This document shows positions 10,114-22,426 of a stretch of 64,000 bases of DNA, piece by piece. Made by a program: the position numbers and the translations under genes. The DNA is from an uncultured Planctomycetota bacterium (lineage in GTDB: Bacteria; Planctomycetota; Planctomycetia; Gemmatales; Gemmataceae). The notes beneath the pieces are model-generated. The model was not told the DNA's origin, did no database searches, and saw only the letters and a program-made list of their open reading frames with translations. Every line of letters starts with the position of its first letter. Position 1 is the stretch's first letter. The stretch lies in the NCBI GenBank assembly GCA_963849325.1, contig CAWKHF010000005.1, positions 288,001 through 352,000 on the forward strand, in the 5' to 3' direction.

Positions 10114-10928
10114 CGAATCCTCCCCCGGAACTGTCCTATTTCATTCGCTAGCCCCTCGATGGTCTCTGCCAGATTGTGCATGTCCAGCCGGCCATAACGG
10201 GCGACATCGCAGGCCACGCGGACGCGATACCCCTTCATTCCCTCGACATCGCCACCCTGGGCTAACCTGTCGATGTGCCCCAACTCGTCGCTCAAATAAT
10301 CGACGATACGAAACATAAGGACGTCTTTCCCCGGCTCCGGTAGTTGATGCACGAGCAAACGAGCGCTGGTGGTTTCCAATCCGTTCGCGGCTCGGCGGAT
10401 CAGAAGGAACGAGTCACCGATGCGTACGTGCGCTGCGGCTTCGGCCTCGACCTTGGCGAGGGCGTACAGCCCGCCCCCTTGCTTGGTAAATGTTCTCAGG
10501 CTGATTGGCTTCGGGGAAGCCCGAGTGAAGCTTGTCATCCTCTCCACGAAATCGGCCTGACGGACCAGCATCCCGGCGAGTTCCTTGAACGAGTGGGCTC
10601 CGATAATCCTCTGGAGTTCGGCCAGGATATTCGCAGGCACTTCGTTTAGCTTCCGCTCCGCCTCCTGCGCCCTTTGGACGGCTTCTTGCCGTTCCGCACG
10701 CAAACGATCCTGTTCCCTTCGATGTTCAGCTTGGGCCTGATCGAGTTCACGATGCCGGCGATACGCAAAGGTTCCAAGGGCCACATAGGACGCGGCGACG
10801 AACAAAAGCGAAATCCACCAGTACTCCCGAACGATAATCAGGCTAACAATCGTTCCCCCGATGGTGAAGACGAGCGAAAACGAGTGGAATAAATGCCCTC
10901 TCAAGCCCTCCCCGAATCCCTCCGTCAT
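10110..10928 (-). CDS. Two-TM plus coiled-coil hypothetical protein
   Basis: 272-aa ORF with two N-terminal hydrophobic helices and a coiled coil; ATGA-coupled to the downstream ORF. Confidence 0.75.
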   Translation of the reverse strand: MTEGFGEGLRGHLFHSFSLVFTIGGTIVSLIIVREYWWISLLFVAASYVALGTFAYRRHRELDQAQAEHRREQDRLRAERQEAVQRAQEAERKLNEVPANILAELQRIIGAHSFKELAGMLVRQADFVERMTSFTRASPKPISLRTFTKQGGGLYALAKVEAEAAAHVRIGDSFLLIRRAANGLETTSARLLVHQLPEPGKDVLMFRIVDYLSDELGHIDRLAQGGDVEGMKGYRVRVACDVARYGRLDMHNLAETIEGLANEIGQFRGRIR

Positions 10929-11021
10929 GATAAGGGTTCCTCAAGGCCATGTACAACGGTGTTTATGTCCCCTGGGATTCATGAAGGGGAGAGGGAAATC
11001 TCAGTGGTCCAAGAGGCCCCC

Positions 11022-11663
11022 TCACGGCTGCGCCGACGGGGTGGGCTTGGGAAAGACCACCTGCACGCGATCGCCGCCGTGGACGCGCACCTCCTGCGTT
11101 TGCTCGACAACCTGACCGTTGCCGACGGCCCAGCGCGCCCGCAGGACGTAGACGTATTCGCCGCCCTTCTCCAAGGGCGGCGAGCGGAACAGGCGATCGG
11201 TGCCCAGCTGCTCCGTCGGCACGCCGTCCACCCACAGTTCGCCGTAGCACGGCATCTTGATGTCGATCACCGCCGCCAGGCCGTTGATCTGGTTCAATGG
11301 CGGCAGGAGCACGTCGCGGGCATACGCCTTGGTGTAGCCCGGCGCGCACGGCGGCGTGAGGTAACCCGGGTTCGTGCCGTAGATGCCGTCGCCGTAATAA
11401 CCGAAACGGTCATAGCGAAGGCCGTAGCCGTAGGGAGTGTAAATGGTGTAGGGGAAGAAAGCGTAGTACGGATATTCCGAGGTGGAGGGGACGCCGAAGT
11501 AGCCGTAGGACTCGTTGTAGCTCCAGCCCTGCCCGCCGCGATAGGGGCCGACCGAGAAGTCGTAGGGGCCGCGAAAGACGCCCGCCGAGGCGCCGCCCAC
11601 CGGGGCCAGCAGCAGACCCAGCGCTGCGACCGTCAGAAGCGGCAAACTCCGTATGTTCCTCAT
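11022..11663 (-). CDS. TIGR03000-type planctomycete domain protein, secreted, Tyr/Gly-rich N-terminus
   Basis: Signal peptide; Y/G-rich segment; ELWVDGVPTEQLGTDRLFRSPPLEKGGEYVYVLRARW motif. Confidence 0.85.
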   Translation of the reverse strand: MRNIRSLPLLTVAALGLLLAPVGGASAGVFRGPYDFSVGPYRGGQGWSYNESYGYFGVPSTSEYPYYAFFPYTIYTPYGYGLRYDRFGYYGDGIYGTNPGYLTPPCAPGYTKAYARDVLLPPLNQINGLAAVIDIKMPCYGELWVDGVPTEQLGTDRLFRSPPLEKGGEYVYVLRARWAVGNGQVVEQTQEVRVHGGDRVQVVFPKPTPSAQP

Positions 11664-11835
11664 TGTGCGTCCCCCCGGGTGACGAGCCGTTCTGCTGGCA
11701 AACATCGTCCGTTTGCAGCGGGGAGTCCGCGACAGAGACGGCGATCCGTCCGGCGGCCGGGAGGTGGGCCTCGCTTTCCTCGCTACCGCCGGCGCAAACG
11801 TTTCGTCCGTTACGTTCGGCCCTGGACAGTCGCGC

Positions 11836-11864
11836 TTGACGCCGAGGCGAAGTCCGACTAGGAT
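11836..11864 (+). promoter_or_regulatory. Sigma70-like promoter of ppi
   Basis: TTGACG-N17-TAGGAT, 55 nt upstream of the ATG. Confidence 0.6.
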
Positions 11865-11918
11865 CGCGGCCCCGCGGAGGAGGTTGGACCGCGTCCGCTG
11901 TTGGGAAGGAGAAGGAAC

Positions 11919-12863
11919 ATGGCACGGTGGACGAAGCACTGGGACAGCGTCGCGCGGCTTCTGGCCGTCGCCGCCCTCGTCGGATCGCTGGGATTGATCG
12001 GTTGCGGCAAGCAGACGACTCCGCCGGAGCAGGCGGAGCGCGTACCGGACGCCCCGGCCGTCGCCGCCAACAGCGGCTCCAACGCCGCGCCGGCGGGCGC
12101 TTCCGACGCCGCTCTGCCGCCGGCCCCGCGCGACGGACGGCACGAAGCGTTTGACAAGGCCACGCGCGGCGGCGACGATCCGCCGGCCAACAGCAACCCG
12201 CCCCCCGATCGCACCGCCAGCGGCAAATCCGTCTACAAAATCTACAAGGAAGTCGTCCGTCTCTGGGACACCATCCGCTTCGTTACCCCCGAGGGCAAGC
12301 CCATCGCGTACTTGGCCACCATCGAGACCGACGCTGGCGACATCGACATCGTCCTGCGTCCCGATCTGGCCCCCAACCACGTGCGCAACTTCGTGGCTCT
12401 GGCCCGCGCCGGCTACTACGACGAACTGTTCTTCGATCGCGTCGTCCACGAGGAGGAGGAAGTCGAACCGGGCAAGGTGCAGGTGCTCGACAGCATCGAA
12501 GCGGGCTGTCCGCTGGGCACCGGCGAACCGGGCAACGGCAGCATCGGCTACTGGCTCCGGCCGGAGTTCGCCAAGGAGGACAGCAAGACGACGCACGAAC
12601 CGGGCACGGTCGGCGCCTGCCACGGCATCGAGGCGGACACGGCCGCCTGTCGCTTCTATATTACCCTGTGTGACGCACCGTTCCTGGACGGCAACTTTAC
12701 CGTTTTCGGAAAAGTTACGCAGGGACTGGACGTGGCGCGTAGAATATCCAAGCAGCCACTCATCCTGGACGATCAGGATGCGGAAGGCAGTCATCGGCCG
12801 GAGAAGCCGGTTCGGATCAAGAAGGTGACGATTCACACGTCCGTGGCGGAGGCCGGTCGCTAG
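11919..12863 (+). CDS. Cyclophilin-type peptidyl-prolyl isomerase, lipoprotein
   Basis: LIGC lipobox; APNHVRNFVALARAGYYD, FYITL..APFLDGNFTVFGKVTQGLDV. Confidence 0.92.
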   Translation: MARWTKHWDSVARLLAVAALVGSLGLIGCGKQTTPPEQAERVPDAPAVAANSGSNAAPAGASDAALPPAPRDGRHEAFDKATRGGDDPPANSNPPPDRTASGKSVYKIYKEVVRLWDTIRFVTPEGKPIAYLATIETDAGDIDIVLRPDLAPNHVRNFVALARAGYYDELFFDRVVHEEEEVEPGKVQVLDSIEAGCPLGTGEPGNGSIGYWLRPEFAKEDSKTTHEPGTVGACHGIEADTAACRFYITLCDAPFLDGNFTVFGKVTQGLDVARRISKQPLILDDQDAEGSHRPEKPVRIKKVTIHTSVAEAGR

Positions 12864-12896
12864 AATAACAGCACGGGACAGAACGGACCCGTTTCC

Positions 12897-13035
12897 GGAG
12901 GCCCGCGGTGAGGCGCCGGGAGGGGACCCACCCAGAGGAAAGTTGCGAACCGGGTCAGGCCTTGACGGGTGCAGCCCTAAGCAGCGGACCGAGTGGCGTG
13001 GATCAGCCTCTCCCGGCGCCACACGGCGGGCCTTC
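12897..13035 (+). ncRNA. ffs: Signal recognition particle RNA (4.5S)
   Basis: Long hairpin with the domain IV motif GAACCGGGTCAGG-CCT-TGAC-GGG-TGCAGCC, located directly upstream of dnaX (a conserved arrangement); ends approximate. Confidence 0.88.
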
Positions 13036-13092
13036 TCCTTGCCGCTTGCGGCTTAGCGCTTTGCCGCCCGCGGACTCAGCGAGCCAGGGATC

Positions 13093-14873
<1,781 letters not shown>

Positions 14874-14877
<4 letters not shown>

Positions 14878-15222
14878 ATCTGTTCGGCAACCTGGGTGAG
14901 TTCGCCAGCATCATGAAAAACCTGCCCGCGCCTCCGCGAGGAGGTGGATCGCATGCAGGAACGCCTGGAACACCTCGTCGCCGAGGGGGACGCCGGCGCC
15001 GGCATGGTCAAGGTGCGCGTCAACGGCCGGATGATCGTGCTGTCCTGCAGCCTCAGCCCGGAGGCGCTGACCCTCAACGACCGCGAGATGCTCGAGGACC
15101 TGATCAAGGCGGCGACCAATCAAGCGCTGGACAAGGCCCGGCAACTCCTCGGTGGGGAGACGAGCAAGCTGATGGGTGGCATGGGTCTGCCGCCCGGCAT
15201 GAATTTACCGGGTCTGGGCTAG
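14874..15222 (+). CDS. ybaB: YbaB/EbfC nucleoid-associated protein (1-nt indel near 14930)
   Basis: [16 protein letters not shown]...[17 protein letters not shown]; lies between dnaX and recR. Confidence 0.9.
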
Positions 15223-15233
15223 AGGGGGCCGTC

Positions 15234-15836
15234 GTGGAAAGCGAGCCGGTCGGACCGATCGCCCGCCTGATGCACGAGCTGGGCAAACTGCCCGGCATCG
15301 GGCCGAAGACGGCCGAACGGCTGACGCACCACCTGCTGACCGCCCCGCGCAGCCAGGTCCTGGCCCTGGCCGACGCCCTGCGGGCCATCAAGGACAGCAT
15401 CCGCCCCTGCCGGCAGTGCTGCCAGCTGACCGAGGGCGAGTTGTGCGAGATCTGCTCCGATCCGCGACGCGATGCCACGCTTGTCTGCGTCGTCGAACAG
15501 CCGCGCGACCTGGCCGCCCTGGAGAGGTCCGGCACCTATCGCGGACTGTATCACGTGCTGCACGGCCGGCTGGCCCCACTGGACAACATCGGGCCGGAGC
15601 AGCTGACCATCGATCGCCTGCTGCAACGCCTCCGCGACGGCGGCGTTGCCGAGGTCATCATGGCCACCAATCCCACGCTGGAAGGCGATGGGACCGCCCT
15701 GTATCTGTCGAGTTTGTTGGCCCCCTTGGGGGTGCGCGTGACACGCTTGGCACGCGGTTTGCCTTCTGGTTCGGTGCTTGAGTTCGCCAATAGCCAGATG
15801 CTCGCCGACGCCCTGGAAGGCCGGCGATCGTTCTGA
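15234..15836 (+). CDS. recR: Recombination mediator RecR
   Basis: [13 protein letters not shown]4 zinc finger, [27 protein letters not shown]. Confidence 0.96.
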   Translation: MESEPVGPIARLMHELGKLPGIGPKTAERLTHHLLTAPRSQVLALADALRAIKDSIRPCRQCCQLTEGELCEICSDPRRDATLVCVVEQPRDLAALERSGTYRGLYHVLHGRLAPLDNIGPEQLTIDRLLQRLRDGGVAEVIMATNPTLEGDGTALYLSSLLAPLGVRVTRLARGLPSGSVLEFANSQMLADALEGRRSF

Positions 15837-15890
15837 AGCAGGACGCGGGACGGACCGCGCAACGAGAAGAGAGACACGGGGTATCGGATT

Positions 15891-17481
15891 ATGCGACTCG
15901 ATACGACGATGAATACGCGGATGGTCCAGACCATGCACCTGGCCCCGCGAATGATCCAGTCCATGGAAATCCTGCAACTGCCGATCATGGCCCTGCAAGA
16001 GCGCATCCAGCAGGAGCTGCAAGAGAACCCCGTGCTGGAGCTGAAAGAAAGCAGCGACGAGCCGTCCGCCGACGGCGAGGCCGTCGGCCTGGACGCCGTC
16101 CCCACCGACGACAACCGCGATCCCGGCGCCGCCGAGCTGGTCATCGAGGATTCGGGCAGCAACGAGTTGGACTTCGATCGCCTGGAAGCGCTGAGCCGCG
16201 ACTGGGGCGACGTGCTCAACGAGGAACATCGGCCCTCGCGCGACGGCATGGACGAAGAGGGCGACAAGAAGCACGACGCCATGCAGAACATGGCGTCGCG
16301 GCCGCAGTCGCTGCAAGACTACCTCGCCGATCAACTGTCCTTCCTGGAGCTGAAGCCGGAGCAGGCCCAGCTGGTTCGCTACGTCATCACCCACATCGAC
16401 GACAACGGTTTCCTGACCGTTCCCGACGAGGGCGATCCCGAATATCAGAAATTGCTGCACGACTCGGACTACAAACCGTCGCGGCCGTTGCGCCGCCGCT
16501 GTCCGGCGCTGGAGGAGCTGGCGGCCGGCTATACGACGGGAGCGACGGCGTCCCAGGTCGAGGAGGCGCTGCACGTCGTCCAGAAGCTCGACCCGCCCGG
16601 CGTCGGCGCCCGCGATCTGCGCGAGTGTCTGCTGTTGCAGCTGACGCCGGAGACGCCGCACCGCAAGGTGTTGCACGAACTGATCTCGCATCATCTGGAA
16701 AACGTCGCCCACAACCGCTTGCCGGCCATCCAGAAGGACACCGGCTTCGACTTGACGGCCATCAAGGAAGCCATCGAGGTGCTGCGCCACCTCAACACCC
16801 GTCCCGGCGCTCAATTCACCGCCGACAACATCCCCTACGTCGTGCCCGACATCCTCGTCGAGCGCGGCGAGGACGGCGAGTACAGCGTGCGTCTGTTGGA
16901 CGATTGGCTGCCGAGCATTTACATCAGTCGTCGTTACATCGACCTGTACCGCGAGAAGGGCGCCGATCCCAAGACCAAGGAATACCTCAAGCGCAAGATC
17001 CAGTCGGCGCAGTGGCTGCAGGAATCGATCGAGCAGCGCCGCAACACGCTGGAGAAGGTGACGCGGGCCATCATCCAGCACCAACGCGCGTTTCTGGACA
17101 AGGGACCGGAGCACATCGAACCGCTCAAGATGCAGCAGATCGCCGACCAGGTCGGCGTCCACGTGACGACCGTGAGCCGGGCCGTCGATGACAAATGGGT
17201 GCAGACGCCGCGCGGCATCTTCCCCTTGAAGCGCTTCTTCGGCGGCGGCACGCACAACACGACCACCGGCGAGGAGGTCGCCTGGGAGACGATCAAGCAG
17301 AAGCTGCTGGAGATCATCGACCGCGAGGACAAGTCCAACCCGCTGTCCGACGAGGACCTGGTGGCCAAGCTCAATGAGGCCGGCTATCCCGTCAAGCGGC
17401 GGACGGTGACGAAGTATCGCAAGATGGCCAACATTCCCTCGTCGCGCGCAGCGCAAGGACTGGACCGCGGCGCCGCAGTAA
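15891..17481 (+). CDS. rpoN: RNA polymerase sigma-54 factor (indel near 3' end)
   Basis: MIQSMEILQLP, GVGARDLRECL, HVTTVSRAV, PLSD and RpoN box VKRRTVTKYR; true end likely QRKDWTAAPQ-TAA at 17481. Confidence 0.95.
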
Positions 17482-17482
17482 G

Positions 17483-17557
17483 TCCGAGCCTGAAGCGTAA
17501 GCGAAGAGGACGACAACCGAAGGTTGTCGTCCTCTTCGCTTACGCTTCAGGCTCGGA
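17483..17557. repeat. REP-like palindrome, family 2 (TCCGAGCCTGAAGCGTAAGCGAAG)
   Basis: Long perfect inverted arms between convergent rpoN and aroB; other copies at 30482, 36054 and 39441. Confidence 0.92.
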
Positions 17558-17560
17558 TAA

Positions 17561-18646
17561 TCAACGGCCCGCCTCTTCTAGCACCTGCCGTACCTCCTCC
17601 TCGGGCACGTCGTCGAACAGCGCCACCTCGCCGAGCCGTCGCGGCAGCACGAAACGTAGCCGGCCGGCCACGGCCTTCTTATCGCGGCGCATCGTCGCCA
17701 GCAGTTCATCTACCGGCCAGCGCTGCGGCGCCGTCGGCAGACCGAACGCCTCCAGCAGCGTTCGCTGGCGCTCCGTGACATCGGCCCCGATCAGGCCGCG
17801 ACGCTCGGCGAGCCGGCTGGCGCAGACCATGCCGGCCGACACCGCCTCGCCGTGCAGCCAGGTCCCGTAGCCGCCGACCGTCTCGAAAGCGTGGGCGAAG
17901 GTGTGGCCGTAGTTGAGCACGGCCCGCAAGCCCGTCTCCTCGCGCTCGTCGCGTTCGACCACGTCCGCCTTCAGCCGGCAACTGCGGGCGACGAGGTGAC
18001 GAACACACTCCGCGTCGCGCTGCCGGATTGCCGCCGCGTGCCGTTCCAGGTACGTGAACAACTCGGCGTCGAGGATAACGCCGTACTTGACCACCTCGGC
18101 CAACCCACTGCGATATTCACGATCCGGCAAGGTGTCGAGGAACGCCGTATCGATCCAGACGCCGACCGGCTGATGGAAGGCGCCGATGAGGTTCTTGCCG
18201 CGCGGGTGGTTGATACCGACCTTGCCGCCGACGGAGCTGTCCACCATCGCCAGCAGCGTCGTCGGCACCATGAGCAAGGGCAGACCGCGGTTCCAGGTGG
18301 CGGCGGCGAAGCCGGCGAGGTCGCCGATGACGCCGCCGCCGACCGGCACCACCAACGTCTGACGATCCGCCCGCGCCTCGGCGAGCTGGTCGTACAGGTA
18401 GGACGCCGTTGTCAGCGCTTTCTGGGTCTCGCCGGCCGGCAGCGATACGACGAGCGGTTCGAAGCCGGCCTCGCGGAGCGATGCCGCCACACCCTCCGCA
18501 TGCGCGATCACGTGCTCATCCGTGACGATGAAGGCACGCGAACTCTTCACGCGCTGCCGGGCGAAGAGACCGACGCCAGCGACATCGCCGCTGGTGACGA
18601 CGATGTCGTAGCTGCGCTCGCCGAGTTGCACGCCGATACTGGACAT
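17561..18646 (-). CDS. aroB: 3-dehydroquinate synthase
   Basis: GGGVIGDLAGF, PTTLLAMVDSSVGGKVGIN, LNYGHTFAHA, LHGEAV. Confidence 0.97.
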   Translation of the reverse strand: MSSIGVQLGERSYDIVVTSGDVAGVGLFARQRVKSSRAFIVTDEHVIAHAEGVAASLREAGFEPLVVSLPAGETQKALTTASYLYDQLAEARADRQTLVVPVGGGVIGDLAGFAAATWNRGLPLLMVPTTLLAMVDSSVGGKVGINHPRGKNLIGAFHQPVGVWIDTAFLDTLPDREYRSGLAEVVKYGVILDAELFTYLERHAAAIRQRDAECVRHLVARSCRLKADVVERDEREETGLRAVLNYGHTFAHAFETVGGYGTWLHGEAVSAGMVCASRLAERRGLIGADVTERQRTLLEAFGLPTAPQRWPVDELLATMRRDKKAVAGRLRFVLPRRLGEVALFDDVPEEEVRQVLEEAGR

Positions 18647-18759
18647 GAACGCGCCTTTCCTGTTTTGCGCGGGTGTTCCATCAAAAAAGTGTATCAAATC
18701 GGCTTGGGCCGGTAATAGTAGGGTAGCAGACAGAGAATGGCCAAGAGCGAGGGGACACC

Positions 18760-20694
18760 ATGCCAGCCAGCCAGATAAGCGAGGTTGTGCAGCAGCTTCG
18801 TCGGGCGGCGCTTCTGCAGGATGGGGCAGGGCTGAGCGATGGACAGCTGCTGGAGTGCTACCTCAGCTGCCGTGAGGAGGCGGCTGTTGCTGCCCTGGTG
18901 CGGAGGCATGGTCCGATGGTGTGGGGCGTGTGCCGTCGCGTCCTGGGCAATCACCATGACGCCGAGGACGCTTTTCAGGCCACCTTCCTCGTCCTCATCC
19001 GCAAGGCGGCGTCCATTGTACCGCGGGAGATGGTCGCCAACTGGCTCTATGGGGTGGCCCGTCAGACGGCGTTGAAAGCGCGGGCGATGGCCGCGCGAAG
19101 GAAGAAGCGCGAGAGACAGGTGACGGAAATGCCCCAACCAGCCGCCGGGGAGCCAGATCATGGGCACGACCTGCAACCGTTGCTTGATCGAGAGTTGAGT
19201 CGCCTTCCCGACAAGTATCGTTCCGTCGTCGTCCTGTGCGATCTGGAGAGCAAGACCCGCAAGGAAGCGGCTCGCCAACTGGGTGTGCCGGAAGGAACGG
19301 TGGCGGGACGGCTGGCGAGGGCGAGGGCGAGGCTGGCGAAGCGATTCGCTCGCTATGGTCTGGCCGTGTCCGGCGGGACGTTGACGGCAGCGTTGTCGCC
19401 GAGTGCGGCTTCGGCGTCTGTGCCGGCCTCGGTGGTGTCTTCCACGATCCAAGCCGCAAACTTCTATGCGGCAGGGCAAGCGGTTGCTCCGGGACTGATC
19501 TCGGTCCCGGTCGCCGCCCTGACAGAAGAGGTGCTGAAAACCATGCTGCTGACCAAACTCAAGATCGCAACGGCTGTGCTGCTCATGGTTGCGGCCGTTG
19601 CTGCCGGCGGTCTTCTTTACCAAACGCGAGCCGGCGAACAGACGCCGAAAGCGGAAGCCACGGATGCGGCGCGGGCGAAGACGGAAGAACATTGGCAGGT
19701 CCGCACTACCTTGCGGGGACACGCTGGCGGTGTCCGGGCAATAGCCTTCTCTCCGGATGGGCGTCTCTTGGCCGTGGGTGGCAAGGACAAAATCGTCGAG
19801 CTATGGGACGTCTCCAAGGATCGGCCCCAGGCTACTCTTCAAGGACATGCGGAGGCCGTCGTGGACGTGGCGTTTTCACCCAACGGCAAGACCCTGGCAT
19901 CCGCGAGTTGGGATCGAACGGTCAAACTCTGGGATGTGAAGACCGGAAAAGAAACGGCCACACTGGGGGGACATCCGAGTTGGGTCTGGTCTGTGGCCTT
20001 TTCGCTGGATGGCAAGACGGTGGCGTCAGCCAGCGGGTCCACCGATGAACGACGCCCCGGTGAAGTCCGGCTGTGGGACGCCGCCACGGGGCAAGAGATT
20101 GCTACCATAAGGGCGCATCATGGTTATGTTTGCCACGTGGCTTTCTCCCCCGACGGCAAGACTTTGGCCACCACCGGCTACGGGGACAAGACAATTAAGC
20201 TTTGGGACATCGATGCCAAACGGGACGTCAAAGAGCGGGCCACTCTGAAAGGACATACAGGGATCCCCATGTCCCTTGCCTTTTCCCCCGACGGCAAAAC
20301 CTTGGCGAGCGGGGGTACAAGCGATGAGACGCTGAGGCTTTGGAACACGGAGACGGGCCAGTTGAAGACGAGCCTCCATGCTCGAGGGATGAACGTGAAT
20401 GACGTGGCGTTTTCTCCCGATGGCAAGACCTTATTGGCCGGATGCTTGCTGCCCGAAAGGAAGAAAGACTTCACGGAGCTAAGCGGCGTCGTGACCATTT
20501 GGGACGCGACGACAGGAAAAGAGCGACAGACCCTCCGACCGGACGTCAGCGATGTCATTTTGGCATTATCTCCGGATGGTAAGCTTCTCGCTACCGGACA
20601 TACGGGATCAGGAAAGGGGAAAATCGTCAAAGGCAAAACCACCCTCGACATGGACACGAAAGGGTTGGTGATCTTGTGGGAACGGAAAAGATAG
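18760..20694 (+). CDS. ECF sigma factor with TM segment and C-terminal WD40 propeller
   Basis: DAEDAFQATF sigma-2 and GVPEGTVAGRLARAR sigma-4 regions, a hydrophobic segment, then about 7 WD40 repeats (AFSPDGKTLA...VKLWD). Confidence 0.93.
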   Translation: MPASQISEVVQQLRRAALLQDGAGLSDGQLLECYLSCREEAAVAALVRRHGPMVWGVCRRVLGNHHDAEDAFQATFLVLIRKAASIVPREMVANWLYGVARQTALKARAMAARRKKRERQVTEMPQPAAGEPDHGHDLQPLLDRELSRLPDKYRSVVVLCDLESKTRKEAARQLGVPEGTVAGRLARARARLAKRFARYGLAVSGGTLTAALSPSAASASVPASVVSSTIQAANFYAAGQAVAPGLISVPVAALTEEVLKTMLLTKLKIATAVLLMVAAVAAGGLLYQTRAGEQTPKAEATDAARAKTEEHWQVRTTLRGHAGGVRAIAFSPDGRLLAVGGKDKIVELWDVSKDRPQATLQGHAEAVVDVAFSPNGKTLASASWDRTVKLWDVKTGKETATLGGHPSWVWSVAFSLDGKTVASASGSTDERRPGEVRLWDAATGQEIATIRAHHGYVCHVAFSPDGKTLATTGYGDKTIKLWDIDAKRDVKERATLKGHTGIPMSLAFSPDGKTLASGGTSDETLRLWNTETGQLKTSLHARGMNVNDVAFSPDGKTLLAGCLLPERKKDFTELSGVVTIWDATTGKERQTLRPDVSDVILALSPDGKLLATGHTGSGKGKIVKGKTTLDMDTKGLVILWERKR

Positions 20695-20846
20695 TTACTC
20701 CGGACCCAAGCGAACTAAGCTACAACGCAGGTGTCGTTCTCTTGCAGCCGCGCGCCCCCTCCGCTACAGTGACAATCCAGTGAGCCGCGGACGGCTTAGC
20801 GCGGCTCGCTAAGCGTCAGACGGCTGGCAGCGAGAGGGCATCGGGT

Positions 20847-22426
20847 GTGACGCACCTAGACGTTGACCCCATCTGCGTCGTAATCGGCCGGACCCGTCAC
20901 AAGATGGTCCAGATCGAGATCCAGGAGGCGGCCAAGCAAGGCGCGCGCTTGATCGAGCTGCGCCTGGACTTTTTGGCCAAGGCCCCGGACTTCAAGCGCC
21001 TGCTGGAAAACAAGCCCTGCCCCCTGGTCGCCACGGTGCGGCGGCCGCAGGACGGTGGACGCTGGAGCGGCACCGAGGAGGCCCGGCTGACGCTGATCCG
21101 CCAGGCCATCGTCGCCGGCTTCGACTGGATCGACCTGGAGACCGACATCGCCGATAGCATCCGTCGCTTCCAGAAGGTCCGCCGCATCGTCAGCTATCAC
21201 AACCTGCGCGAGGTGCCGGCCGACCTGGAGAAGATCTTCAGCGCATGTGTTCGCAGGACGCCGACGTACTCAAGGTGGCCGTGCGCGCCCAGCACCCCAA
21301 GGACGACGTGCGCGTCCTGGAGTTGCTGCGCCACGCGCCGAAGCCGACGGTGGCCTTCTGCATGGGCGATCTCGGCACGTCCAGCCGCATTCTCGGCGCC
21401 AAGTTCGGCGCCCCCTTCACCTACGCCGCCTTCAACAAGGAGCGCGGCATCGCTCCCGGCCTGATGTCGCTGGCCGAGCTGAAACAGGTATACGATTACG
21501 AGCGCGTCAACGCCGACACCAAGGTGTTTGGCATCCTCGGCGACCCGGTCGGCCACAGTCTCAGTCCGCTGGTCCACAACCTGGCCTTCCGCCAGCTCGG
21601 CATCAACGCCGTGTATGTGCCGTTTCGCGTGCCGCGGCCGGAGATGGCCGACGCCCTCAAGGCGTTCATGCGTCTGCCGGTGCAGGGCTACAGCGTGACC
21701 ATTCCGCACAAGGAGGAGGCGGCGGAGTTGGCCAAGCATAAGGATGAGTCGGTGGTGCGCACCCGCGCCGCCAACACGCTGATCCGCAGCGGTGACGATT
21801 TCTCCGCCTACAACACCGATTACCAGGGCGTCATCGATACGCTGCGGGCGTACCTGCCGACGTCGTTCGTCAACCCGGAGTCCGAGCCATCGCGGGGCGT
21901 CACGGCGGCCTTGCCGGAGCCGGCTTCGCTGCAATCGAAGGTCGTGCTTGTGCTGGGCGCCGGCGGCATCGCTCGCGCCGTCGCCCACGCTCTCCGCGCC
22001 GAGGAGGCGCTGGTGAGCGTGACCAACCGCACCAGCGAACGGGCCGCGGCCCTGGCCGAGCAGATCGGCGGACGGCACATCGAATGGCAGGGTCGGCACA
22101 GCGTCCTGTGCGACGTGGTCATCAACTGCACCTCCGTCGGCATGCACCCCGACGTGGACGAGGCGCCGCTGCATCCGAGCTTTCTCAAGCCCGGACTCGT
22201 CGTCTTCGATACCATCTACACACCCGAGACGACCCTGCTCGTCAAGGAAGCGCGGTCGCGCGGCTGCCACGTCATCACCGGCGTCGAGCTGTTCGTCCGC
22301 CAGGCCGCTCACCAGTTCCAGCTCTTCACCCAGCGCGAAGCGCCTATCGAATTGATGCGCAAGGCCGTCAAACGCGCTCTGTCGCCGATCGCCATCCGCG
22401 ACGAAGACGACACGGTGACAAAGTGA
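20847..22426 (+). CDS. aroDE: Bifunctional type I 3-dehydroquinate dehydratase / shikimate dehydrogenase (indel ~21240)
   Basis: ELRLD and IVSYHN (AroD); GDPVGHSLSP, SVTIPHK, NTD, LGAGGIARA, INCTSVGM (AroE). Confidence 0.92.
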
